DNA of 62,880 nt, filler included, from Choristocarpus tenellus KU-1152 (lineage: Eukaryota > Protista > Phaeophyceae): the NCBI GenBank assembly GCA_964200185.2. It is 10 parts of 10 records of this genome, joined end to end, with 100 filler letters (N's around TTAATTAATTAA, not from the genome) between each part and the next. Parts side by side here need not be neighbours in the genome. Positions count along the whole stretch, not along the records: positions 33,559 to 45,191 come from CAXNAD020002214.1; positions 45,292 to 49,826 come from CAXNAD020014111.1; positions 49,927 to 56,518 come from CAXNAD020007799.1; 7 more parts are not named here. One strand, 5' to 3'. Below are positions 39,400-53,400 of the stretch, one piece after another. Every line of letters begins with the position of its first letter. Position 1 is the first letter of the stretch. Under the pieces are notes generated by a model. That model saw only the letters and a program-made list of their open reading frames with translations, did no database searches and was not told the origin of the DNA. A program made the position numbers and the translations under genes.

Positions 39400-42300
39400 A
39401 ACCTACTTCTCTCCACTCCTGTATACCGCTTTTCAGGAAATGGGGGGTTGGGGGACCAACCAATAGCAGCACTCTCCGGTCATGGAAGAAGTCCAAGACA
39501 GATAAAACCCTCTACCTATTCCGCTCCATGTTTGTCGAGCAATATGGGCAGAACGAGGGAGAAGGAGACAGATACACTTTAAAGGACCTCGCCGCCTGGT
39601 TTTTGGACGAGGATAAGAAGTTTGCGCATTGGCAAGGGCACTGCAAGAGTTAATGTCCGAGGAGATACGCACATCTGCAACCGACATGCAGGTCAGGACC
39701 TTCCTCGAGTTCTTGAAGCAGGACCTTAACACAGAACACACTCGACAGGTGTACAACTCAATCCTTGCAGCCATTGCTCCAGATGTTCAAGTGGTCGAGG
39801 ACGGGGTAACGTCCACGTACCAACCCAGTCTGTCCAACACGGCCAAGAGAAACAATGTGAAGATCAACACCTTCAGATCCTCGGCAGTTAAGCACACGGA
39901 ATTCATCTACGATAGGGTCGTGCTATGTCCGTACATCATATCGGAGAGCCATCTCCCACTCCCGACACAGAAGTCGTACAGGCCTCTGCACCACCCCCCA
40001 CCAGGCAAGTAAGGGTGTCCACCCCAATGGGATATGTTTTTTGAAAGCCAAGGCTCGAACCCAGATATCCAGCAAACCCCGTAAAAACAATATCTTCCAC
40101 CAGGCCAATTGGGATAAGTGTTTATAAGGCCAAGGTTCGAACCAAGAAATCCAGCGACCCCTAAAAACAATTTCTTCAACCAGGGTTCGACCACGGAACG
40201 CCGTACCCTATACACTCCTAAAAAAATTTCAACACATCCCCCCCCAAAAACAAGCAACATCCACCACTTCATCCAACATTCCCTCCTTCTTCTCGGTCGT
40301 GATTGTTAGGTTGAACAAGGACAGGGCAAGGATATTCGACGCCACAAGAGACAGTTCCTCGCAACGCTTCGATGTGTGGCACTCTGAAACACACGTCCTT
40401 GGCCTAGCCGTCAGGGAGAGCAACAGCACGGCCCTGCCCCACGACCCGATCACTTCTCACGATCCCACTGAGGAAATGCACTTCTTGGACCCTAACACCA
40501 ATGAAAAGGTGTGCCACCCAGATGCTCTGTGTCAGCAACATGCCCAGAGGTACGGCGATTCCAACCTTATAGGAAAGCAGAAGCGCTTATATACTTCCTG
40601 CCCGTAATCTCCTCCTTCACCCCGACAATTTGTGTACACTCTCTCCTCGAAATACAACAACAAACATATACACGACGACATTAATATTTTATATCCCCCC
40701 TGAGCACACGTTTAAAACAGGGTACAGATTGGAACCGACAATGATGTTTACGCAAACTTTAGAGAGAGGCAACTGATGGGCCGATACCGTGCTTGTCCAC
40801 GTTCGTTAAGTGGAGACCCTTCTACATCACCAAGGCAACTCAAAAGTGTGTTGAGAAACACAGCCGTTTGACACATTATTTGTTCGAACAGACGCGTACA
40901 ACATATAGGACCGCGCCAACGCTCAATACGTTCCATGTACCACCACCAACTCAACTGCGATACACATATCGATCTTTGCCCCTTGCACAGTCACCAAATA
41001 TATATCGAGACCCTACCTACCTTATATATCTCCGTGTGTGTAATACAAGACATGCGTTTGCATTCGCCACATGACCAGCGACCTATTGGTCCAATGCCTG
41101 AGGGAAAACTGGAACAAAGTACACTCTCGGACGGTGGTTGGTGACGATGGCCAACGCACTTGCGCCTTTACTTGCGAGTTCTGTGACAAGGGCAAGGGGT
41201 GCGGCTATCAAGATGTGAAGACTGCACTCGAGAAGGCTATGAATATGATGAACTTCCTCCTGTAAGTTATTTTATCCTGGTCCGAAGCTTCAACAACAAC
41301 GTCCAACCGTTGCTAAAACCTTCGACAATATCAATACCATATTCAGATACCATCCTCCCCCACACACCAACCTACACACCAACCTACACACCAACCTACA
41401 CACCAACCTACAAACGAAATGACTTATCTCAATTCTACTAGTTGTCATCCATGTCCAAGGTTGGCCAACTTGCCCATATGCCCTTAAACACACACAATAC
41501 CATTTCATGTATCCAACTCGGGACGTTAACTGAATCCCCCCACAATGATCCCAATATGACTGCCACGGTATGAGAGGACCACCCTGTGAGCAGTCCGTGG
41601 GTGGTTCAGAAGGTGGTTATAAAACATCTTGTGTGGATGGAACATGCAACATTTGCGACTAGACTAAGCACCCCATGTGGAAGTGCCCTCGTATGATCAA
41701 CACCCACAGTACCACGGCAACATGGAACGAGTTTGTCCACGCATACACCCTAATTGTGGAGGGGGACCTACCAGGAAAGACATCCAAGGAGATCAAGGTG
41801 GGTGTAACATGTGCCTATGCAAAGGGAAACCCTATAACACCATGCATGTCAATTATGACAGTTATTAATCTCTCTATTGTTGTAATATCGGAGAGGTTAC
41901 TCTAACCCCACACAGTCTTCTTGGGAAAACAACACTCTTTCCATTTCAATAACACACCCCCCGCTAACACCAGACACAACTCCTGTCTTCAACTTGCCAT
42001 GCCTAAGGCACTGTCATCTCGTCTTGGGCTCGTAACCCCCAACGGCAAAACGAAGGATGAAATAATCGAGAGGATAAAGGCGAAGTACACGGTATTCAGG
42101 ACCAAGAATCTAATGACCGACAACTTCATCCTCGCCACTTGCATGACGGGCGAGAGTCGAACCCCATCTCGAGGAGGACAACAACCGAAGATAACGACGA
42201 CGAAGACGACACAGGGTCTTCAGACAAGGCCAACACGAAGCGAAAGGTCAGTATGTGGTCATCAGGACCAAAGGGATGTGGTGGACACCGCATGTGTGAT

Positions 42301-43960
42301 GATGTATTTTGCCTTCTCCTGTACTAATCCCCATCCCACATACTCCAGCAACAACTATTATTGTGACGTTGATCTTATCCCATTTACTTGATTTTAAACA
42401 AGAGATGGACTTTATGGTGATACCTGATCTTACCCCATTTACTTCATTTTCAACAACACATGGACTATTATTCTCATCCTTGGTCTTACCCCGTCTACTT
42501 GACTCAAAACAGGAGGTGGACGCATTGTCATACTTATTATCTTACGCTGTTTGCTTGATTGTAATCAACAGATGGGGGGATTTTAATGCCGCTTCTTCTC
42601 TTTTAGGTATCTCCTTTCTTATTAATACATTGACTTCACAACAATAGTATCAATATTCATATGTTTTTTTTAGCAGTGTATGGCATTGGGACGGAGGGAT
42701 GGAGGTCATGTAACCCTAGCCGAGGTTTCTCCTTGATTTTGAAGGATTTGACATGTTGGGTGTTGGGAGGGGGTCAATCGTATTCTTCTTCCTCATCAGA
42801 TCCTATCATTGGTTTCATCATCATCATCATCATCAGCATCAATATATTATTGTTATTGGGTCACGCAGTAACATTTTTACTGATCCTGTCATGAATCCCA
42901 ATTGAATAGGGTGTCCGTTAAGGCATTGGTTGTCCTACTTGTAATAGTAGTAGTAGCAACAACAACAGCAGAATATGTACTCAAACTAAATGAACTACTC
43001 CAAAAGAGTGTTTCCTGATGATAAACACTACATGTTGGAACACAAACACATCGAACAAAATACTTGAAATAAGTGCGAGATGGGAGATGGTGTGATACAT
43101 CAAATTGTGTGTTCATGTAGATGTTGGTCGTGGTACACGCACGGTTTTTTCTGCAACAGAAAACACGTTACTTGGTAGGAATGGCTCCCCCTCCTCGAAT
43201 GTATAAAACATGACCCCCCACACAACTACTGCCCCCCCCATCTGTACGACCAGGTACTATTCCCACGGACAGAGGGGTTCTCCACACTCCTCCAGGTCCT
43301 CTTCACCAACTTCCGCGGTCATTTTTTCCTTATCACAACACAACCATCTGGCAGGCACGGCAATATAAGCATTGCAAATCCCGCCTCCCGGAAGGTCACG
43401 CTGCCATGTCCATTGACTTCAGTTCCCAGCTCCCACACAGCCACCAGGACCTAACTCAGCAAGAATTTTTCAATCTATTGTTGAGAACGCTCTTGACCAT
43501 TATTTGGTGATTGAGGGACACGAGGGAAGGGGGAAATTTGGGGGGGGAAGGATGTGGGCTCACAGCATTACAATTTGTAGTGAAGACCGGAGTCAGGAAA
43601 ATGAGTTGGTCCAGAACACTATAGAGATCTTCATCGGCAGCCACTTAATGCCTTTGGCACGGGAACTATGGTCCGACTCTGAACGTCCTCCACATCTGGT
43701 CTGATGGATGCGGTAGTCAGTTTAAGAACTGGTGGCAGATGTGGTGGGTTTCCCAGGTGATTGCGAGGATGGGGATTTCAGTGGTGCACAACTTCTCCTC
43801 GTGCCACGGCAAATCCATGGCGGATGGAATTGGAGCTGTGGTGAAGTCAGCCGCCAGGAGGCTGGAGCTGAACGGGGTACGGATACCGGGAACCTCGTCC
43901 TTGGTGGAGACATTGAAGGTCCCTCACTCATACTCATGTCAAAGTCTTGGAGCACATCAT
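39400..43960 (+). mobile_element. Decayed intron-containing Sola2-type DDD transposase
   Basis: Ordered motifs STFVKWRPFYI (~40795), CVDGTCNIC (~41630), HNTTIWQARQYKHCKSRLPEGHAAMSIDFS (D at 43415), HIWSDGCGSQFKN (D at 43703) and HNFSSCHGKSMADGIGAVVK (D at 43823); frameshifts present. Confidence 0.8.
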
Positions 43961-44019
43961 TGGACGGGGTCCATACACTTCAAACAGCAGAAGATATGGA
44001 GGGACCCAACCATCTGGCA

Positions 44020-44913
44020 TTATTTTTGGAGGGGAGGGAATAGGAGAAACCTGGGGCAAAGGTCTCCCTCCTGGTCCAGGAGACGGTATTTCGTCGCTGG
44101 GCCTTTCTGGGGTAGAACTGGCAGGACTGGAAGTGGACCTCCTGATTCAGACCCCACCACTTTAGTCTCAGTCGCCGCTGGATATTCGCCTTCGTCCTCC
44201 TCCCATCCAACAAGGTCGATGGTACTCCCACTACTAATCCTCGAATTCTCCTGTTCCTCCCACAACCGATCGCACAGCTTCCGCAGGCAGTCCGTCTCCT
44301 GCTCCTCAGGCCGAAAATTTCCTCCAGGAACAAGACTGGGAAGCTAGAAAAGTATTGGATATGTGTATGTTAAGATACTCCCCATTGAGCATTGTGATTA
44401 TGGATTTCAGGTGTGTAACCTACGAAAGTGAGATGCAATACAGCAGGAGCTCAGGCAACATCCAATGTCATACTCACGTCAGCCAGAGGGGGATGTACAC
44501 GTTGGTGACAATCTTCTGCGCCTTAGTCATCTGGATCATATCAAAGTGTTAGCACTTAGGAATGTCTTCTGAATGATCTTCTTCCCGGTTCCCAACGTTG
44601 TGTGCACCAACACTTCCTTCGTAAGAGTCGGGGGGGTCAAGTCTGGGGCTTCCTCTCCTAACCACTTCAAGAATCCAGGGACCGCCACTTCCATGTATCT
44701 TCGTGTTGCCAAGGCATATCTCGAATTCCGAGAAACTATGCTTCCGCATTCCTTCACGGACCTCGCCACAAAGGCGATGGGAACTGCTTGGTATGACTTC
44801 AAATGAGCAGTCATCATCTTTGAACCGCACGTGTTCTTCAGTCTCCTCAGTACCCATGACACTGCAGCATTCAGCTCGAAGCCTATGCCCGTGACCGCAT
44901 CCTTGTAAGCCAT
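44020..44913 (-). pseudogene. Convergent second ORF remnant next to the Sola2-like transposase, unknown function
   Basis: 125-aa ORF 44536-44913 plus acidic frame 44020-44265, GC-richer coding-like composition. Confidence 0.35.
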
Positions 44914-45291
44914 GATTCAGTGTTCCAATAATCTTGTATTGGTATTGACTTTCGAGGGTTAGATGTTACAGTGTGAGTGGTGTGATGGTGATATTTGGAG
45001 GTACAGTACCTACCCCAATTTTGTTCACCCATGGGTATGCCCTAAAACAGCGGCACACAATCTATATGGTATAATATCGATTTTGGAGGGTTAGGGTTAG
45101 CTGCGAATCAATCGTCGAAGCGACTGATTAATCATGGTGAGCTGGGAAATCAATGTTCGAAGCAACCAATTAATCGTGGTGAGCTGGGAAANNNNNNNNN
45201 NNNNNNNNNNNNNNNNNNNNNNNNNNNNNNNNNNNTTAATTAATTAANNNNNNNNNNNNNNNNNNNNNNNNNNNNNNNNNNNNNNNNNNNN

Positions 45292-45332
45292 CCAAATGGA
45301 CAGCCGCCACCCCCTCCCAGATACTTTGAGCC
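45292..45332. mobile_element. Terminus of MITE family B at contig start
   Basis: ccaaatggacagccgccacc...agatactttgagcc is the reverse complement of the 29352 terminus. Confidence 0.75.
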
Positions 45333-45618
45333 AAACCTCCTGTTGCAGAGGTCACAAAAGTAACAAGCATCATGGTCACGCTGATTGTGAATGTCCAGGG
45401 CATTCATGAACTACAGGAGCTCAGCGACAAAACATGCGTGGACCACGAAACTGCGGTTGCTAGGTTCCAAGCCCAGCGTGGAGACAATGTTATTGCATAC
45501 TGTGCTGGTCAATAATCTCTCCGAGTTGTGCAATTTTGCACTCTCAAACACACCGAGGAAACCCTTCGGTGGATAGTACAGAACTCCACTCTGATTGTGA
45601 CAAAGGGGAAGAGGAGAT

Positions 45619-45858
45619 GAGCCAAAGTATCTTAGAGGGTAGAGCCGCATCCATTTGAGGGTCAAAATATAATGTTGTGATTTTGATGAAATTTTGGCTG
45701 TCGTGTTTGTTAGGAAGTGTCCGTATCTATGTTTCGGACACATATTTCATAACGTATACATTTTGGAGTCGGAAAATTTCATAAAAAACCCATGGGAAGC
45801 CAAGCACCACAAATGGACAAACGGGGAAAAAATCGTACCCTCTAAAATAGTTTCACTC
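45619..45858 (-). mobile_element. Sola2-like MITE, family A (reverse orientation)
   Basis: gagccaaagtatcttagagggta...tttcactc; 4-bp TSD agat/agat. Confidence 0.9.
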
Positions 45859-47029
45859 AGATGTCAGTCTCTAATCTGACAGAAGATGAGAGGGGCGGGA
45901 GACACTCCAGGGGTATGAGGGTGCCCTACCCCAAACTCGTAGACTGGTGGGAGAAGGGCGATGAGTGCCGATACCAACATGCCCTTGAGTTGAAGTAGAG
46001 TCTTCATCGTTTCCGATTGAGCTAGTACGGGTAGTTTTAGTTTTGTTCCGTTAGGGCCTAACTGTTTTTTGGATGGTCTCCAACTCGTGTGTGTTGATGT
46101 GGTTTGGATCGGACAGCTTACGCCTTTCCACAGTGGTGTTGGATCTATGTGGTGCAGTCAGATGTGTCAGTTCACATGAGGTACGATACTTCAGGTTATT
46201 GCATATCTGACTAAAGTAAAGTGTATCAAAAGTCAATGCAAGCACTGCCAAAATATTACATTTTATAACCCACTCTTTTTGTTCCATTCGGACAAGTTTC
46301 CAGGCACTTCGACAATGCAGCCTTCGACACCTTCCCTTATCAACGGCCACTTATTATTCTCAATTTCGTAACCAGCACTCACGATACTAACCTTCCTGCA
46401 TTCAACACACCTAACACCATACTTCAACTCATCCACAACTCTGTTTGTACAAGCTCTTCTTCGAACGTAACTGGCAACTAGCTCTAACCATGTTGTAAGC
46501 CCAGGGCTCCAGCTAAATAGTCTTTCCTAACTCTAAGGTCGCAAAGCAATCACACATCGTACACACACCCCATTTTGCTGCCATAACCACTGGTGGATAA
46601 TAGATTGACATGTCTTTTCACTAAACCCACTCTTTGCCACAATGTGAACATGGGTCGATTTCTGTCCTAAACCTAACTAACCTCTAACGCTACTTACACT
46701 GTATAACATCTTTTGTACTAAACCATTACACAAATTGCAATCACATTGCAAGCCTTCATTCTTGTACACGGGGCAAGGTATTCGTTTATCTTTTCCCAAA
46801 CACAATCAATTTGGAATATGTAAAAAGCAACCCCTGCATCACACAAACGTCTCACGCTTTACATTAACTTTACCAAGGGCATGGATCGTACCCCCCCAGC
46901 CTAACCTCCCCTAACCCTTACCCCGACTCTTTGCGATAGGACCCTATACAAACCATGACACAAACCACTAACCAACACGAACCCTGTTGTCCAATATCCG
47001 TTCCTGTGACACCCTCGACCTTCATCATG

Positions 47030-47560
47030 CTAACCTAATCCTAATCCTAACCCTAACCCTAATGGTAGAAAAAAATCCCATCCTGAACACAAAAAGTAAC
47101 CTTAAATGAAAACATGGTGTGTTTTTAGTGTTGTTCATGAAAACACAAGTTTGAACAAGAAATTAAACCAAAACAAAAACATGGTGCATTGCTATCGAAC
47201 CCTAAGTCTAACCCAAGTCTAACGCTCACCCTAACCCAAAGTACAAACAATAGTGTATTTTGTTAGCGTTGTTCATCAAAACCCAAGTATGTGAACACAA
47301 AACTAACCCAAAATATAAAATATAATATTTTTAGCGTTTAATCCATAAACTCAACTCTGGACACAAAACTAACCCAAAATAAGAACATAAGAGTATTTTT
47401 TGCGTTGTTCATGATAACGCAACGGCAACAGACCATAACCACCAACCTTTTTTCAAAACATTGAAAATCCGACACATTCAAGCAAATCACCTCAAAATCG
47501 CCATTTTGAAAAAAGGGTAAAAAACGGACGCCCAACCCTCCCCCCCCAGATACTTTGGCC
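47030..47560. mobile_element. End of a larger Sola2-like element with subterminal repeats
   Basis: Imperfect repeats (aaactaaccca...gttgttcat), CCCTAA runs and terminal agatactttggcc; similar to 1-80. Confidence 0.55.
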
Positions 47561-47719
47561 TATTGTCATGAATGCTGTACTTTGGTACTGGTGAAAACTT
47601 GTTGCGATGAGGCCCAGTCTAGCACCATGTCGTGCACGCATGCGTACTCTGTTGGCGTTTCAAGGCCAATAAAGAGCATTGTGTTACTATCCTAGTATAC
47701 CTACCTCAATGTCTTGTTG

Positions 47720-48570
47720 CGGTGACTGGTGCTCAGAAGCGATTTAATGCTCAAATGGTGAAGGAGGGTCAGACTGGAACTGAATAGATGTGTATGATTC
47801 TTGATTCAAGTTGTGCTCAAATGCTTGACCAATGAACAGTTGTGGGTTTATGTGTGATGAAGAATCTTCTAGATGTCAAACGTTCAACAAAGCATTTGTT
47901 CCTATTCCAAAAGATTCAACACTAAAAATATCAAGACAATGATAATCTTTCCAATAAAATCACGTTCAGGGACAAAGCGATCTTTCCAGTTCTCAAAACC
48001 TCTTCCTCTACTAAATTCATTTTCTTTATTTTGAAGATGTTAATGAGTTCAGAAATAGATCCAAAAATGCTTGGTCATTGTTTATTTTCACATTTGAAGC
48101 ACTTTTCAACCCACCAGATTTCCCTATGGACACAGTAGACAAACACACCACCACAAAGCCTTGTTACACCAACGCACACACGTTTGGGACGGCCAGGTCA
48201 ACCATATTCCACGCCTGCCTCTGCATTGCTTTTCTGCCATTATTGTGGTGACTGGTGGTTCAGAAGAGACTCGATGCTGGAATGAGAAAGGTGGATCGGA
48301 CTGGAAGTGGACGGACTAATATTATTCACTGTTCAATTTCTGTGGAAATGACGCCTTCCAAACATACAACTGTTGGGTGTTCTGTAATGAAAGTTCTTCT
48401 ACACGCCAAATGGTCAACAAAATATTATGCTTCTGTTCCAAAATTATATTCACTGTTACAAAGATCAAGACAACCATAACCTTTTTCTAAAAAATTCACC
48501 ATTCAAGGATGAAAAGACAACTACCAGTTCTCGAAAAACTATTCCTCAACTACATTCATTGTTTAATCTA
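47720..48570. repeat. Old direct duplication (~47720-48030 vs ~48248-48565)
   Basis: Shared ggtgactggt..tcagaag, tgttcc, atcaagacaa, ttcaxggatxaaa, ccagttctc in the same order. Confidence 0.6.
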
Positions 48571-48799
48571 TTTTATAGATATAGTGGTACCAGTAGGCTC
48601 AACCTCTGGGGTTGTCTCATTATAACTCTTGATGTAGACATTGAATAAAAAAACTGAAAGCATACTCGTGATGCCCATTGGAGTACGGGCTTCGTTTTTT
48701 TTTCGCCATTTTTTCTTTTTTTGAAGAATGAGCGCTCATATTGGGGTTCGAACCCTGGGTTGTAGGCACAAAGAGTGGCAACAGATGTGCTATTACTCG

Positions 48800-49826
48800 A
48801 TTGAAGCATAGAGTTTAAGCGGGAATAAAGCCTCCCCACCCTTTCTTCCGGTGTGTTTGCACAATCACTCTTTGACCTCTCAGCAAGAATGTCCTCGTCG
48901 AGGTCCAGAACGAAACGCCTCTCGCCCTTGCTCTGACACCTTGATGTGACCCTTAGTTAGGAAGTCTCTCTCCCATTTATTCACAGTTTCCGACCTGACC
49001 ATCGCATATCCTGCTGCCATCTCGAGCGCCGTTTGACGATAGTTCCTGTCGTTCATACACAGGTACATAATTCACAGTGTTAGGGCCCTCACTATCACAT
49101 TTCCTCGTTGAGCACTGGAAATGGGCGTCGTCCGTGTTTCCTGGGCAGGTGATATTTTATCATCAAGGGCAAGGGTGAGGAAGGACAGGCTTGAGTTGAT
49201 AGAAAATTGTGTTGATTTCTCTAATGAATGCAGGCGGGTAGAAAGGCTTAACCAACTTAATACATCCAACCCTAAGTCCAGGAACAAGACTAAATGTACG
49301 GCATCTTGCAAGAAGTGGAAGACACCAAGCCATCGGTGCGCAAATGGTCTCAATCTCACCTCCTCTTCTTCCCTGGCGTCCTTGTCGAAGGCTACCTCCA
49401 CTTGCTTCGTGACCTCTTCTAAGTAAAGGATTTGGTGGCATCGAAAGTCTCCACAGCTGCCTTTGTTACGATTGCTTTCTCCTCCACCTTGCGAGCCCTT
49501 TTGACCTTCTTTCGGGCTTCAGAGCCCTTGTAGCCCGACGCTAACACCTTCTTTCTCGTTTCCATAAGCCACTCCACCTCGCATAGCTTCTAAAAAGCCA
49601 GGGCCTGCTGCAACTGTCGACTAGTAAGATATTCTACACCCGGGTCTTCACTTAGGCGTTTCCTGAGCGCAATGGCACGCAGTCGCACTGCTCTCGGTTA
49701 AAACATAGGCTACTCATTTGTTCCTTGTTGATATGATACACATCTACCAGCTTGTACTGACTGTTGATTGGTGCACTACACTGGTTGTTAGTGTTCATTT
49801 ATTTATTGCGCATTCCAACTCATCAT
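48800..49826 (-). mobile_element. Decayed IS630/Tc1-like DNA transposon, 5' part
   Basis: Frameshifted ORF with ETVNKWERDFLTKGHIKVSEQGR...LDEDIL (HTH followed by S.QG / DED motif); upstream region repeated at 33565 and 34115. Confidence 0.5.
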
Positions 49827-49925
49827 NNNNNNNNNNNNNNNNNNNNNNNNNNNNNNNNNNNNNNNNNNNNTTAATTAATTAANNNNNNNNNNNNNNNNNN
49901 NNNNNNNNNNNNNNNNNNNNNNNNN

Positions 49926-50010
49926 NTCTGGGGGGGCTGGAGTTTAAACGTTTGCCCTTCCCACCCCTCCAAAACCCCCCCCCCCCCCCCCCCCCCCAGA
50001 TACTTTGACC
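49926..50010. mobile_element. Short Sola2-like terminus at contig start
   Basis: C-run followed by agatactttgaccc, as at 59-80. Confidence 0.55.
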
Positions 50011-50482
50011 CAGAATAGTAGCAAGTATTTGAAAGTGTAATGATTATAATCGATCATCCATCACTATCCATATAAAAGATTGCCAACAGAATGAAAGCAA
50101 TAAAATCCGTGAGCAAAAAAAATTATTTGTGGTTACTAGTGTTTTCCACTTCATGCATTGACTCTAGTTGCTCTACATCAAGTGCATATTACTACTATGG
50201 TATGTTGCTCACAGAGCGCTACTGTTGTACCCGGTCTGAACCAGAGCAAGTCATAGTATATCGTTTTGGCAGTGTTCTGCAATTGCTACACATGTGCATA
50301 CTAGGATCTACCTTGTAGTCAGTTGCTTCAATAACGTGCCCAACAGAACAAACAAAACAGGCAGTTTCAAACAAAAAATAATACAGAAGTAGGACTCGTA
50401 AATTGGATGAATCTTTCATTCCATCTCAGATACTAGCAATTTGTACACTGCCTAGATCTACCAATTCTACACTCTACTCGAG

Positions 50483-53400
50483 TCAAGTGGGGTGCACAGG
50501 CTTGATGTCTTTCAGGTTTCGCAAGTCCTCCGCCATGAGTTCCTCAAACACCTGTGCAAGTACGTGTTCAATGGGCACATACGTGATATAATTGGGGGTC
50601 ACCAACAGTAAGGTCTCGAGGTCAATCTCCATAGAAATATTCTGGGAATATGCAACAGTGAGGAATGAATTCAAATCTGTCTAAGGTCAACAATAACATG
50701 CAACCCCACATTCCACCCTCAATTCATCACAACTAGGAAAAGGAATATAGGAAATGACATGAAGTGCATCCAGCATTGGTTGGGGATACTCTTGGACAGA
50801 GCAGTAACGATAGCAACAACCCGAAAAAACGACACTAAGAAATACTGTAGATAGGTAACACAAGACACTAAGAAATACTATAGATAGGTAACACAAGACA
50901 CTGAGAAATGCTGTAGATAGGTAACACAAGACACTGAGAAATAATGTAGATAGGTAACACAAGACACTAAGAAATACTGTAGATAGGTAACACAAGACAC
51001 TGAGAAATACTGTAGATAGGTAACACAAGACACTGAGAAATACTGTAGATAGGTAACACAAGACACTAAGAAATACTGTAGATAGGTAACACAAGACACT
51101 AAGAAATACTGTAGATAGGTAACACAAGACACTAAGAAATACTGTAGATAGGTAACACAAGACACTGAGAAATGCTGTAGATAGGTAACACAAGACACTA
51201 AGAAATACTGTAGATAGGTAACACAAGACACTAAGAAATACTGTAGATAGGTAACACAAGACACTAAGAAATACTGTAGATCGGTAACACAAGACACTGA
51301 GCAACCACATGTGCCATTCAATGCCTACTCAGTTACCTACTGATACACTGATCTAGGGTAGGCTACCTTAACCGGAAAACAGCCTGTATCACCACAGTAT
51401 GCTCTCAACCTGGGCATTTGGCACTCCATAAGTGTGACAACCTTCTGAACGCCACTGTAATATTATTTAAACCGCTGCTATGAAGCATGTGATTGGTTCT
51501 AGTGCACCACTACAAACAGTGGAAGGCATTGTTGCCAAGTTACCAATTTGCTGGAGCTCTCAGCAGACAGTAGAAAGCCAAGTGCCAAGATTCTATCATC
51601 TGAAACAGCCAATGCTACGGATGTAAATCTGAGGTGTAACTGTAACAAGAAGTATGCAACGGCCTGGACTGTCAAGGCCGTCTCTTGTGGAGTAGTATAC
51701 TCAAAGTACGAGAATTACACACCCCGAGGTTAATGGATATGAAACAATAATAAAAAGTGACCACACTTTGTAGTGGTGGGAAAGCGCGAGGCCATGAAGA
51801 ACAATAGTGTAGCTATCCTTGGAATGTCTCCAAATTACTATAAATCAATACGAACAAATGTGATAGAAAAGGATAAAAGTGAAGGGTGTAAGGGTATCTC
51901 AACAACCCCCAACTCCACAGGATAACAATTGCAAATGAACCACAAGTCAGGGAACAGATTGTTCAAGACGACCCCACACATGCCAGCTCTTGAACTATCG
52001 GATCCATCCACCCACACCAAAACATTTGAGTGACAAAGTCAGCAGCATACCTCCCAAAGGTTTCCAGATATGTAATCATTGTCAACAATAGCCACCAGGA
52101 AGTACGTGTCATGGATTTCGTGAAGGAGAGCAGCACTCTTCGATTCATCATCATACACAGATGCCCAAAGGTCTATCCACAAGCGGAATGCCTCATCTTT
52201 CCACACCTAGGCAAGTGACAAAAACAAGAGTATTAACAAACACAAAAGCGGCACACCACCTAATCAATCAACAGTCTAGACTAGCTTGCACTATGAGAGT
52301 ACCTCGTCGAAAAGTGAACCAGAAGGCAAGGAGACACCTGGCAATGGAGCCAAATGCTAGATATCTCAGAAGGCGAAGTGAGTATTTTGAACCTGAGCAG
52401 GATACATCTCATCTCACACGAGGGTGCAAAAATATGAACCGGCAGGAGGGTTTTCATACCATGTAGGTCTCTGGGTCAAATATAGTGGGCTGTTGAACTT
52501 CCTTGTTAGGGAAGACTCCCCAAGTAAGTGCTGTAGTACCCTTGATTCCACTGGAGTATGTGTTTCCCTGGACATCCACCTATCAGGTGCAGTTCATTCC
52601 ACAGTCTCCATCAGCACAGTACTAGGTCTGAATTCTACTTCAAGCATCAAGACGGCTGCTGTCAAGGTCAATCAGGTAGCATGTCGTTGCTCAAAATAGT
52701 CATGAAAGGATACCATAAACTCTCTCGCTATTTATAGGCACAGGTATAATGATCACAACAGGCTGGCTTTTAAGTTGGAAACAATACTATATCAACAGTA
52801 CTACGTATCTTTTCTGATATGTACAAGAATATGAGATCATGCACTCACTGATCCACAGCACCTGCAAAACTGGTACTGGACTAGAGCTTAAAAGTATCAG
52901 ATTCGAATGCAACTAGCTTCAATTTACAGTAACAGTCAAACAGATAGATCAAAATGTTGCAATAAATCACCAGCCATAGAACAAAAACCAAGATTGCAAG
53001 ACCATAACCTTCACCTGCACTATACTTCTCTTCAAGCGCCGCTTATGCTAAAGTTTTCCCAAGACCTGCCACCCATTACCCATGCTTGACCTCCATCTTC
53101 GCCTTGTTACAACTCAAAGAATTAATCAGATGAACAAGAATATGCATACAAATGAACACACACACGCGCGCGCGCGCACGCACGCACAGATTGCTGCAAC
53201 TGTTCCACTCCCAAGGGTACCTCATCACTCACCGCATAGTAGTTGAGATGTGGTCTGGATGTGCAAGCATCAAGTACACTACGCAAATTCTTCTGGGAAG
53301 AAAAAAACTCAACGTAAGCCTTCTGATACACACGCCCACCCCCTCCCCCCCACCCAAATGTAGGGTGGTTGCTTGGCGCACCATTCACTGCTGGCTGTGT

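Noticed and set aside
35307-45332. One 10-kb element bounded by ggctcaaagtatct / agatactttgagcc enclosing the Sola2 transposase
   Set aside because: The ends lie on different contigs separated by an artificial spacer, there is no TSD, and both are explained as small family-B MITE ends.
48745-48760. tRNA/SINE B-box (ggttcgaaccc), also ~40050-40190
   Set aside because: No cloverleaf or A-box evident.
50831-51301. CRISPR-like array / 207-aa repetitive ORF
   Set aside because: The 33-bp units are head-to-tail with no unique spacers, lie inside an MTHFR intron, and have no cas genes nearby; a minisatellite.
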